Source of the DNA: Myxococcota bacterium
Lineage (GTDB): Bacteria > Myxococcota_A > Bradymonadia > UBA7976 > UBA1532
DNA length: 64,000 bases
Assembly (NCBI GenBank): GCA_036337435.1
Contig: JAYZEG010000095.1
Coordinates: forward strand, 7,393 to 71,392
Direction: 5' to 3'
The translations under genes were made by a program, and so were the position numbers. Positions within the stretch are counted from its first letter, which is position 1; each line of letters starts with the position of its first letter. The notes under the pieces were generated by a model. That model saw only the letters and a list, made by a program, of their open reading frames with translations. It made no database searches and was not told the DNA's origin. Of this stretch, positions 8,855 through 19,100 are shown piece by piece.

Positions 8855-9769
8855 TTGAGGATGAAAAGCGGAGGTTTCTTGAGCGAATCTTTAGCCAAAT
8901 TAGTCGATCTACTTTCAACTCAAACCAATGGGGAGAATCGGTTTTCTGGGGCGAGTCAAGACCTTGGTTGGGGGACAGTTTTTGGTGGCCAAGTTCTCGG
9001 GCAAGGTTTGATGTCAGCCGCTCTGACTGTGGTCGATGATCGACCTATCCACTCTCTTCATGCTTATTTTCTCAGAACGGGCTCTGTTGAGCATCCCGTC
9101 TCGTATGAGGTTGAGCGCACTCGAGACGGTCGGAGCTTTTCGACTCGCCGGGTCCAGGCATTCCAACGGCAAAAGGCCATTATGACCATGTCACTCTCCT
9201 TTCACCAAAACGAGGCAACTTTAGACAGACAATCTGAAATGCCGTCCGTCCCAGGGCCGCAGACCCTTCGTTCGTCCCAAGATTATGTCAACGAACTGGT
9301 TGATTCTGTGCCGCAAAAATATCGCATCTTGCTCTCGGCCGAACGACCCTTCGAAACTCGGCCTGTTGAGCCCGTCAATCCATTCGATCCAACCCCGGGA
9401 CCAGCTCATCAAATGTTCTGGTATCGAACGAGAGGGTCCTTGCCCGACCGGCACAGCTTGCACCGGGCTTTGCTCGCTTATGTATCCGACTTCAATTTTT
9501 TGACGACGGCCCTCAGGCCATTTGGGATGTCTTGGCCGACACCTGGGATCCGAATGACAAGTTTGGACCATGCCATCTGGTTTCACAGGCCTTTTCGTTG
9601 CGACCAATGGCTGCTCCATACCATCGATTCACCGACCTGTTGCGGAGGGCGTGCACTCGTCCGAGGCCAATTTTTCGATCTCGATGGTCATTTGGTGGCA
9701 TCGACGACGCAAGAAGGCATGGTTAGATATCGACCACCCGAGGGGGCGCAGGCCAAATCAGTGAAATAA
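8855..9769 (+). CDS. tesB: Acyl-CoA thioesterase II
   Basis: TesB-like segments are SQDLGWGTVFGGQVLGQGLMSA, HSLHAYFLRTG and RDGRSFSTRRV. The start could be TTG 8855 or ATG 8861. Confidence 0.88.
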   Translation: MRMKSGGFLSESLAKLVDLLSTQTNGENRFSGASQDLGWGTVFGGQVLGQGLMSAALTVVDDRPIHSLHAYFLRTGSVEHPVSYEVERTRDGRSFSTRRVQAFQRQKAIMTMSLSFHQNEATLDRQSEMPSVPGPQTLRSSQDYVNELVDSVPQKYRILLSAERPFETRPVEPVNPFDPTPGPAHQMFWYRTRGSLPDRHSLHRALLAYVSDFNFLTTALRPFGMSWPTPGIRMTSLDHAIWFHRPFRCDQWLLHTIDSPTCCGGRALVRGQFFDLDGHLVASTTQEGMVRYRPPEGAQAKSVK

Positions 9770-11134
9770 TCGACAGGTCGTAGACCGCCAGTCCAAGGCC
9801 GCTTCCAATTGTGCGCTTAAGGCGAGAACCAGATGGTCAGCACCAGGATGACCAGCCACTTGAACACCGATGGGTAGACCGGACTGAGTCAGACCAGCTG
9901 GGAGACTAGCAGCGGGTCCATGGGTTAAGTTGAAGGGGGCCGTAAACGCGCCGAGTGGTGCAGATTTTTTGAACCACTGTTCAGGATCCGAATGGTCATC
10001 GAACTCTCCGATCAACGGAGCAGGAATCGGCACCGTCGGGCTGAGACATAGGTCGAATCCATCGAGCTGGTTATGGATTTTTTGTGCCATTGTTTGACGT
10101 CGTTGTTCCACCTGTTCGAAAGGCAGCTTTTTGCCTGATTCACGGAGCCATCTGGTCACTGGCATGAGCAGTCTTTCTGAGAGGGCAGGCACGCCGCTGA
10201 CGGCAAATTGCCAAACGGGTAAAAACTCATCTAGGTTTGCATCAGCCGGACGGACCGGTTCGATTATGTGGCCCATTTCTTCCAGTAATCGGGCTGTATT
10301 TTGAACGGCGTCCAAGATCTCTTCGTCGACGTCCCCGATGGTTGATTCTGTAAGCAGAGCGATCCTCAATGGGCCAACAGCTTGATCGCAAGCAGCCAAA
10401 CACGAGTCGCCAGCCGATCGCCTGTTCGGACGGCGCGCCATCACATCGAGCATGCCAGCAGCATCGGCGACGTTATGGGCCAATGGACCCATAACGGAGA
10501 GGCCGAGTTGGTTGTATTTGCCGTGTAGATTGCCGAGTAATGATAGGGACGGCTTGAAACCAAATAAATGGCACAAAGCTGACGGGATCCGCACGGAGCC
10601 GCCCCCATCAGACCCGTGGGCAATAGGGAGTAATCCAGCTGCGACTGCGGACCCTGAACCCCCGCTTGACCCCCCTGGTGTTCGAGCCTGATTCCATGGG
10701 TTTCGTGTGGGCGGATGGATCTCCGGCTCCGTGGTTGGCAAGACACCGAATTCCGAGGTTGTGAGCTTGCCCAGCGAGACAAAACCACCGTCATAGATAA
10801 AGCGTGCGACGGCCCCATCGGAGGGGCCAATCATATATCGGTAGGCTCTCGACCCCAGCCGGGTTGGTTGCCCGCGTGTTGGGACCAAGTCTTTTATGCC
10901 GGTCGGCACCCCTAGGAAGAGCGGACCTTCATTGGCCTCGAGTTTGCGAAGGGCTTTATCGGCGTTTCGAGCTTGCTTGAGTGCAGACCGCTTCGCGACA
11001 TGCGAGAATGCATGAAGTTGTGGGTTATAACGGTCGATTCGGTCAAAGTAGTGGCGGACCAATTCTTCGGAACTAAATTGGCCACCTCGCAGGGCTTGGG
11101 CTTGCTCTAACGCTGTGAGCTCATGCAGTCTCAT
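9758..11134 (-). CDS. Amidase-signature family amidase (GatA-like)
   Basis: The amidase signature is GGSSGGSGSAVAAG...GSDGGGSVRIPSA. It has a 12-bp convergent overlap with tesB. Confidence 0.88.
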   Translation of the reverse strand: MRLHELTALEQAQALRGGQFSSEELVRHYFDRIDRYNPQLHAFSHVAKRSALKQARNADKALRKLEANEGPLFLGVPTGIKDLVPTRGQPTRLGSRAYRYMIGPSDGAVARFIYDGGFVSLGKLTTSEFGVLPTTEPEIHPPTRNPWNQARTPGGSSGGSGSAVAAGLLPIAHGSDGGGSVRIPSALCHLFGFKPSLSLLGNLHGKYNQLGLSVMGPLAHNVADAAGMLDVMARRPNRRSAGDSCLAACDQAVGPLRIALLTESTIGDVDEEILDAVQNTARLLEEMGHIIEPVRPADANLDEFLPVWQFAVSGVPALSERLLMPVTRWLRESGKKLPFEQVEQRRQTMAQKIHNQLDGFDLCLSPTVPIPAPLIGEFDDHSDPEQWFKKSAPLGAFTAPFNLTHGPAASLPAGLTQSGLPIGVQVAGHPGADHLVLALSAQLEAALDWRSTTCRLFH

Positions 11135-11166
11135 ACCGGTCCATTATCTTCGTTTCTCTGCGTGCT

Positions 11167-12690
11167 CTATCGGCAGGCATAATCCCGCCGAACACATTGC
11201 TTGGGAATATAGAATAGTTCAGGGTCGTCAACCAGCCGCGCGCAACGATATCCGTTGCCACACGCCGTATCATGTGTACACGCCACCCCACACATGCCGC
11301 CACCCCCGTAGCCCAGGCATAGATTTCCGCCAGCCCCACAATCGGCATCCTGAGTGCACGGGGTACATGCGACATCGGTACTGCCGTTCGGATTGAGTTG
11401 AGGATTGTTTGCAATTCCGTGGACACCATAATGGACGCTTTTGAATGCGGGTCGATTGACGCCTCTCAAAATCGCTTTCCAACTCAACGGTAGATGACGT
11501 CCTTCATCATTGGTGAGAGTCATCCAATAAATAAATTCCCAAATGAGCTGAAAGCCTGCCGAAAACGGGGTTGTGTTGATGGTCGTGACAATATCGACAT
11601 TCTCAAAGGTTTTCGTTGGATTGGCCATGATATCCCGGATGTATGTTCTGTAGGTCCGACATCCATCCATCAGATAGATTTGATATTTGTTCGCCATTGG
11701 AATCGACGCGAATTCCGATGCGCGAATCTCGTGTCGCGGTTGGTAATCCATAATAAAACCAGAGTTTTCCCCGGCATGTCCAGAATAGAGGACGATATCG
11801 CGTGTTGCCAAACTGGTCTTTATGGCATCGCTCAACAGGGCTTCATCGGCAGGTTCGACCATATCGGAATGAGAGATGTGCAGCTCCACTATGACCTGGC
11901 CGCCGTCAATGTTGAGCGTCCTTTTGAACGGACCCGAGTCGATCTTCAAATCATCGAACTCTTTGACTGTGGGATGGGTCCAGTCCCCATCGACCAAAAC
12001 ACCCACCAGCCACTTCGCGGTCTCCAAGTCGAATCGCTCTTCATTGTAATCGCCGCCGAAGTGAATTCCGATATCGAGAACACCGTCCTCGAATAATTCT
12101 GCGTATCGTGGAAACGCATCTTTTGCTTCACTGCCTTTGACGTTTACGCCGATGGTCTCCGATACCCGTCCATTGTAATCGACGATATCGACCTCGAAGC
12201 GCCGTGTCTGTGCTCTGCCCGGCGCAAGCTTACTCATCAGGTAAACACTGCCGACAAAATCCAGCCGAAAGTCATATGCGATGCGGCCATCCGACCCGAT
12301 TTCGAGGTTCTGGGATGACTGTGATTCACCGCGTCTAAAGTACGTAAAATAAGTTGCTTTCTCACCGGTCACACCGTTGTTGAACTCACTGAGGACAGCG
12401 TCGATGTGTTTTCGGACTGATCGCGACACGGTCATCAGGTGCCGATCGACACTTTTCTGGAGTGCTTGACCACGCGCTTCCCCGACCAGGTCATCAAAAT
12501 TCTCCGGCAATTGGGCGTGTGCACGCCCCGTAATGGCATATTCGCGGGCGTTTGTGCTCACATAGTTATCGCCTCGTGCCTTCAGATCCGTCAGATCATG
12601 ACCGTTGCTCTGATTCGTGTCTGGGAGTTGGTGACACCCAATCGTGAGCAACATGATGACCGTTATGAGTTTATGCATTCTCGTCTCCAC
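11167..12690 (-). CDS. Secreted lipoprotein with a possible clan-CD-like His/Cys dyad and a C-terminal Cys-rich module
   Basis: The lipobox is LLTIGC. The candidate dyad is DIVLYSGHAG ... QIYLMDGCRT. The C-terminal segment is CTPCTQDADCGAGGNLC...CTHDTACGNGYRC. Confidence 0.75.
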   Translation of the reverse strand: METRMHKLITVIMLLTIGCHQLPDTNQSNGHDLTDLKARGDNYVSTNAREYAITGRAHAQLPENFDDLVGEARGQALQKSVDRHLMTVSRSVRKHIDAVLSEFNNGVTGEKATYFTYFRRGESQSSQNLEIGSDGRIAYDFRLDFVGSVYLMSKLAPGRAQTRRFEVDIVDYNGRVSETIGVNVKGSEAKDAFPRYAELFEDGVLDIGIHFGGDYNEERFDLETAKWLVGVLVDGDWTHPTVKEFDDLKIDSGPFKRTLNIDGGQVIVELHISHSDMVEPADEALLSDAIKTSLATRDIVLYSGHAGENSGFIMDYQPRHEIRASEFASIPMANKYQIYLMDGCRTYRTYIRDIMANPTKTFENVDIVTTINTTPFSAGFQLIWEFIYWMTLTNDEGRHLPLSWKAILRGVNRPAFKSVHYGVHGIANNPQLNPNGSTDVACTPCTQDADCGAGGNLCLGYGGGGMCGVACTHDTACGNGYRCARLVDDPELFYIPKQCVRRDYACR

Positions 12691-12772
12691 TGAATACCCG
12701 TCGGCGTGGTTGTCCGGGGCTCGCGCGGGATGATATCACAGGTTCCACTTCGAAGGTGAAGTTTCCCTGGTC

Positions 12773-12839
12773 CGTGATGTGTAGAGCGCAGGCCAACCAC
12801 GCTGTATCGCCGGCTGACCACACGCAGCTCTACATCACG
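12773..12839. repeat. Intergenic imperfect inverted repeat (13-bp arms with a GT bulge, ~39-nt spacer)
   Basis: The arms are CGTGATGTGTAGAGC (12773-12787) and GCTCTACATCACG (12827-12839). Confidence 0.6.
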
Positions 12840-12916
12840 TCAGGTCTCTCGTCGACCGCTTTGCGACCACCAACATGACTCGGGGTATGGTCTCAAGGCT
12901 GACTCAGTGACTCTGG

Positions 12917-14419
12917 TTAAAGGCCAGAGCGTTTGTGGATCTCGGAATGGAAGTGTGCCAAAGGTGGGGCCAATGATGCTTCCAGGGCAAATTCCCAAGC
13001 CCAATGCCAGTGCTCAGTCAAATTGGGTTCCGCAAGCAAAGCCGTCAATTCGCCATCGGCATCGGAATAGGACTTACTCAATGAGAAAACATAGGCACGC
13101 GCGGCACAGCTCACCGCGACTGGAACCTTAAATGGCCCCGAGGTCAGCCGATTGATTTCAGACAGGTCGCCGTGCTCGACGGCGTGTCGAAACAATTGGC
13201 CCCACACAAAGTCGAGTGTTGGGTATACATCGAGATGCGCCCTGTAGAGCGCATGTATTTCCGCTTCGCTGTCTGCTGACGCAGCGTCTATCTGCAGTCG
13301 ATAGAGTGCAAGCTCTGCGTCGTCATCGAGGTGCGAGAAAAGTGCTGATGCAGATTCGAAGTCTCCTTTTTCCATGTGCAGCCGGCACTCGATCTTCATG
13401 AGGTCATAGCGTTCTGGCCACGCTTCGCGGGCCTGCGCGACCATGCTCATCGCCTCATCTTGATGACCGTGTCTCGACATTAAGTCTGCCATTGCGATTT
13501 GCAGACTCAGAGAATCTGGCCACTGTTCTCTGTACTCTGCGAGCAGCTCGTATGTCATTTGAGGCCCCTCAGCGATCTCGACAAGCTGGCTCACGAAGTT
13601 TGCATGCAAACTGGTGCCTGCGACCAACCCATGGAGGGCATCCAACTGCTCTCGCGCCTGCGCTTGCTCTCCGCGCTGATGCGCGATGTGGAATAGCGCA
13701 AAGCGCCCATAGAAGGAGCCTGGGTACAACGCCAGTGCCTGTTTAGCCGCGCTCTCCGCTGCCACCAAATCCGACGCAAAGACCGCATACATGGCCTCAA
13801 CACCATGTAAGGTGTGACCTTGGGCGTTGAGGGCAATTTGTTCTCGGATTTTTGCACGTGCGGACGCGTAGTCGCCTGTATTTGCTATGGCTAAGGCCAA
13901 GTTGACAGAGCACGACCGTCGAGCCGGAAAGCGGTCGACCAATTCTTTCAACCGATGAACCTGCTCGGATGGACTCAATCGAGGATCCATGGCCGCTTCA
14001 GCGAGTAAATCCGGATGCTCTGGGCTTAAATTGAGCCCGTCGTCTATCGCCTCGGTGGCTTTTGCCTCTTCACCTGCCAGTCCGAAGGCTGTGCTCAGAG
14101 CGAACCAAGCATAGCCACAACCGATGTCTGATTCGATTGCACTCTGGGCATATCGAATGGCATCGACGGCTTGATACCGGGCCTGTGCGATGTGAGAACG
14201 GACCGCCCAAAGCTCTGAATAATCACCATGGCTGAGCCCTTGTTGTGCCAGTTCATCGGCACCTGCATAATCACTCGTTTCCAAAAGCAATCTGGCGAGG
14301 GGACCATAGGCGGCCAGGAGACTGGGGTGCTCATCCACAATGGCAGAGTAAAGCACGACCGCTTGTCTAACCGCGTGTCTCTCATCGGCGGCATGCGCCG
14401 CTATCAGGCGTTCATCCAT
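12917..14419 (-). CDS. TPR-repeat protein (cytoplasmic, function unknown)
   Basis: It is a 500-aa all-helical sequence with repeated A/L/Y-rich ~34-aa units (AW..LA.A....GD...A). There is no signal peptide. Confidence 0.75.
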   Translation of the reverse strand: MDERLIAAHAADERHAVRQAVVLYSAIVDEHPSLLAAYGPLARLLLETSDYAGADELAQQGLSHGDYSELWAVRSHIAQARYQAVDAIRYAQSAIESDIGCGYAWFALSTAFGLAGEEAKATEAIDDGLNLSPEHPDLLAEAAMDPRLSPSEQVHRLKELVDRFPARRSCSVNLALAIANTGDYASARAKIREQIALNAQGHTLHGVEAMYAVFASDLVAAESAAKQALALYPGSFYGRFALFHIAHQRGEQAQAREQLDALHGLVAGTSLHANFVSQLVEIAEGPQMTYELLAEYREQWPDSLSLQIAMADLMSRHGHQDEAMSMVAQAREAWPERYDLMKIECRLHMEKGDFESASALFSHLDDDAELALYRLQIDAASADSEAEIHALYRAHLDVYPTLDFVWGQLFRHAVEHGDLSEINRLTSGPFKVPVAVSCAARAYVFSLSKSYSDADGELTALLAEPNLTEHWHWAWEFALEASLAPPLAHFHSEIHKRSGL

Positions 14420-14519
14420 AGGGGCTCGTCTGCTTTGTCGCTGGCGATGGAGGTGAGGATCAATCGTCTATGGCGTGAGCACACCCAATCGCTTTCACAG
14501 GGTGCTTTGACAATCACAA

Positions 14520-15149
14520 CTAGAGGTCGCAGAAGAAGGTCGAACCGGTTTCAATGGACACCGTGACCGATTCGTCGATGGGATTTCGAGGCGCTCCTTG
14601 TAGGTCTGTTTGAATGAGGTTTGAACAGGCGACATCGACGTTGAGTCGCGGTTCGTCATACGTGGTCGTTAGCGTGCATGTGCCGGTGTAATTGAACGGT
14701 TTCTCGCTATCGACCTCTCGGTGCATTGCATAGCGATTCACTGAGGTTTCAGGGTCGGCTAGGGAAAGGGATACGCTGCATGAATCAAACTTATTTCCCA
14801 CGGCGTCTTCAGCATTATCCGTGGCTTGTGTGCACGTGTAGGTGTTTGGCGTTGTTGAAAAGCCTTTCACTTTGATGTCGAGGGCGACACCGTTCGAACC
14901 GGTGAATCGGCCAGAAAAGAAGCCTGTATCAGAGTCGTTTTCGCATTCAGCCGCGGTCATAATGATCTCGCCGCCTTCACAGGGTGGGTTTTCTGCGTCA
15001 CCGCATCCGGCTTCGTCTAGAGAAGACGCCACTTGCAACTTGACATATTCCACGACCGTTTCTGAGTTGCCCTCATCACCCAGTCCACATGCTGTGAAGC
15101 TGATCGCAGTTGTGCATAGAACAAGGAGGGGAATGCGTGTATTGATCAT
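14520..15149 (-). CDS. Hypothetical Cys-containing lipoprotein
   Basis: The signal peptide plus lipobox is AISFTACG. There are multiple paired Cys. I recognised no family. Confidence 0.65.
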   Translation of the reverse strand: MINTRIPLLVLCTTAISFTACGLGDEGNSETVVEYVKLQVASSLDEAGCGDAENPPCEGGEIIMTAAECENDSDTGFFSGRFTGSNGVALDIKVKGFSTTPNTYTCTQATDNAEDAVGNKFDSCSVSLSLADPETSVNRYAMHREVDSEKPFNYTGTCTLTTTYDEPRLNVDVACSNLIQTDLQGAPRNPIDESVTVSIETGSTFFCDL

Positions 15150-15502
15150 TGTTTTGTTCCTTTGATTCTGTTCTCAGTATTTCGACCACGTGAGGATAGA
15201 AAGTTCCCGGAGCCTGATGCAAGTGTATTTCGCGCCATGTCGCTAAATGTGTCATCCCTTCGCGAGTCAATTCCATTCGGTTTGCGGTGGGGCACGGGTC
15301 GATTTGGAGCTGACGCTAAGATTTCTGGACCAATATGGGTATTACGACCACCCGTGGTCACATCACGCGTATAGGTCTGATCGAACACGAGTCTGATTAT
15401 TTTTCTTCGATAGATGCATCCCGTCGTTGGTTTCGCTAATCTATGAATGCCTGCCCATGTGGCCTGGTCAATTTGATGAACGAATGTGTGGAGTAACGCT
15501 CG

Positions 15503-16027
15503 ATGGCAACCGCGAGTCGACTGATCGAAATCCTAAAAGAAACCGCAAAACGGCTTGAATCCGGCGCGACCTACCGCTGGACGCACCAGGGCAGATGTAA
15601 CTGTGGGCATTTGGCGCAGACCATCACCGGTATGAGCCCCGATGATATCCATCAAATCGCCCTCACTGGAGAGGGAGAGTGGCGCGATCATGCGCAGACA
15701 TTCTGTGAAAACAGCGGTCTGGCCGTCGATGACCTGATCACCCAACTCTTAAACGCGGGTTTGACCATCGAGGAGTTGGGTCACCTCGAGTGGCTATCCG
15801 ACCCTGAGGTGCTCAGGTGGGTTCCAAGCGCACAGCTACCCCTCGACTACAAACGCCGATCTGACGTCGTGGCGTACTTCAAGACCTGGGCCAAAGTGCT
15901 TGCCGCCGAGGAAGAACTACGTCGAAATCCGGCAGCCAATGTGGAACTCAATGGCCGTCCCTATGTCCGCCGCTTCAGAGCGGAAACCGCGCTGGATGAA
16001 AATCCCGTCTCCGGCCGAGCCGCCTAG
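15503..16027 (+). CDS. Hypothetical protein (CNCGH motif)
   Basis: It is a clean 174-aa ORF in a divergent intergenic context, with the motif WTHQGRCNCGHLAQ. I recognised no family. Confidence 0.55.
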   Translation: MATASRLIEILKETAKRLESGATYRWTHQGRCNCGHLAQTITGMSPDDIHQIALTGEGEWRDHAQTFCENSGLAVDDLITQLLNAGLTIEELGHLEWLSDPEVLRWVPSAQLPLDYKRRSDVVAYFKTWAKVLAAEEELRRNPAANVELNGRPYVRRFRAETALDENPVSGRAA

Positions 16028-16179
16028 CAGTTGCGTCACCCCGCCAGTCAACGAGCCGAGAGCTGACTTCGCAGTCCGAGTGACCGACACCAATAAGGTG
16101 CATTTGGGTTGAGCTTTCGTGGGTTTGTTGGACGAAGAGGTCTCGTTAAGGGTACTGTGTAGTCTCTTGGGGGTCCACG

Positions 16180-19100
16180 ATGGGGATGGTGCGCGTGTTG
16201 ACGACGAATGACTTGATTCGCTTACTGGGTTTGTGTGCGCTCCTGTTTTTTTGTGGCGCGTGCTCCCAGACATCCCGACATCAGACGGTCACCACACAGG
16301 ATACCAAGACAATTGTCGAGGGCACCAAGGAAGACAATTATCCAACGATTGGTGCATTGACGCTGTTGATGCCCGAAGACGACTACACCGGGAGCTTCTG
16401 CACCGGAACCTTGATCGATCCACAGTGGGTGCTCACCGCTGCCCACTGCATCGAGGGGGGGTATGGCCGAATGGGCAATCGGCCTGGTGCCCCAGATGAT
16501 ACATGGTTCCATTTCTTTGTGGGGACGAGGGCAAACCGTCGAGCGACGGGTCGACTCCATCGGGTGGATGAGGTGTTCATCCACCCAGCCTATGGTCAGC
16601 GAGGCGGAAAACGTTTTTATGACATCGCTTTGATGAGGCTGGAAGAGCCCATCGACGATGTTCCAAGTTTTCCGATATTCCGCGACTCTCTTGTCGAGCA
16701 CCAAGGTGCCGAGCTCTTTTATGCAGGCTTTGGCATGACCAATCCTGAAGACCCCGGTTCCAGCGAAGTGAAGTATTCTAAAACGCTCGTATTAGACGCG
16801 GTCTACACAAGAACATACGTGACCCGACAGCAAAATGGTGGGGTGTGTTTCGGGGACTCGGGTGGCCCAGGCTTGCTGACCATCGACGGTGTTCAATACG
16901 TTGTAGGGGTCAATAGTGCGGCCATCGGTCAAGCTGTATGCCGAGGTTGGAGTAGCCAGATCCGTGTTGATGCCTTCAGAAGTTGGATCGACAGCGTCAT
17001 GGAACGCGGCGAGTCATGCCTAGACCGGCCAGGCTTGTGTGAGTGCCAGGCTGCCTGTGGCAATGATGGTATCTGTGATAACGGCGTTTGCCTTGATACC
17101 ACGTGTGGAGAGACTTTCGGCTGTTTACAAAATTGTGACTCGCCAGCATGCCAATTTGGGTGTTTTGCGCAATTGGACCGACTGGAATATTTCCTGTTTG
17201 AGCACTTCTATGCATGCATCGATGCAAACTGTCCTGGAGGGAATGATCAATGTGTTCGTTCGGCCTGTCGACGCGAATTGTTCGCTTGCCAAGTCGGCGT
17301 TGATAATGCTGTCGGAGATGGTGCATGCGATGATGTATACCGCTGTGTGAGTGGCTGTGATCGTCTGTCTTGTGTTGATGGCTGCTATCGAACTGGGACA
17401 TTAAATGCCCAGGCGGCCTACGATCCCGTTGAAGATTGTTTACAGCAGGAGTGTGGAGATGCCGAGGGAGAAGACCTGCTCAGTCAATGTATCTCGCGGA
17501 ACTGCCGCAATGAGCTGTTGTCCTGCATGCCAAATGATCGGTGTCGTCTGGTCGGTGGTGATTGCGATTCGGAGTCGGCCTGCGTACCCGATGTGTGGGG
17601 GGCGACCTATTGCCGTCCAACCGAAGGCCGAGCCGTTGGTGCGCCCTGTGAAATTGGTTCGACGGTGTGCGCTGATGGCACCCTGTGTTTGGGCGGTCCT
17701 GATGGCAGTTTTTGCCATGAAATTTGTGTGACGCGAGGCGATTGTACCGACTCGCCGGGGCCATGCATGCGTTCGGTCAAACCCGGCGCCCCATTTCCCC
17801 TCGGCGTGTGTGAGGGAAGCTGTCTTGATACCGATGGTGACACGGCCTGTGATCCAGACGATTGCGACCCCTTAGACCCAGCCCGACATCCGGGTCATAT
17901 GGAGGTTTGTGATAATGAAACCGACGACGATTGCGACGGCACCGTCGATGAAAACTGTGCTGTATGCGTCGATGGTGACGAGGACGGCGTATGTGCAGAT
18001 GAAGACTGCGATGACAATAATGCGGAGTTAGGGCAAGCCAGTGATGAGGTCTGTGGGGACGACATCGACAATGATTGCAATGGCTTTGTAGACGAAACAT
18101 GCCCGGGCCCAATCGTGCCCGACATGGCTGCGCCTGACATGGATATTAGACCTGATTCCGAGCCGGACGCGACGCCCGTGACCGTTGATCAAGCTGAAAC
18201 CAAGAATTCAGGTGCGGGCTGTGCATGTAACGCATCGTCCGATGGTGGCCATACACCAGCCACCTTGGTCGGCCTACTGGTGATTCTCGCCGGATTTCGG
18301 CGACCGCATCGACTGCGCTCTAAACAATTGGTTATCGGTGCGATCGTGGCCCTCTCATTCCTGAGTGGATGTATTCGAGAAGAGAACATTGATCGTTGGT
18401 TTGATTCAGGCGTTGAGGCTGACCTTACCGTTGACTCTGCGGCCGTTGATGCGTTTATAAGTCTCGATGGTGAGCCGACAGACGAAGACGTGATGCAGCC
18501 GGTGCCCTCCCTCGACATGACGGTCATGACGGACACCTCCCTGGACATGGAGCTCGATGCCGTTCCGCCTGCCGTTATAGATGCAGCCGGTATGGCCGAT
18601 ATGACCACTGCGCCGCCGACCATTAAGAGAATTCAGCAAGGTCAAGTCCAGGTCCTCCAACAGATTTCTTTGACCGATGTCATTGTCGCGTCACCGATTT
18701 GGCGGGGCGGTTTTTTTATCAGTGACCAGACCGCTGAGGCATACAGTGGGTTATGGGTCCAGAATGATTCTCGGGTGAGCACAGGCACGTTAGCACCCGG
18801 ACAGATGATTACCCTGACGGGTTACGCCGAAGAATTTGCCGTCAACAACGGGGGCGAGATGGCCGACCCTGAGGCACAGCGGACCATCGACACCAGAACC
18901 CAATTTCAAATCGAATCGTTCGAAGTGCAAGACCCAGATGACCTCAATCCATTACCTGAACCCATCGAACTCACCTTAGGCGAGGTGTCTATTCCAGATA
19001 TCGCAGAACTGTATGAAGGGGTTCTGATCGCTCTCAACGATGTCTCCGTCACAGGCTTATCTAGGCCGATATTTGAACTCAACGGTGCCATCGATGTTGA

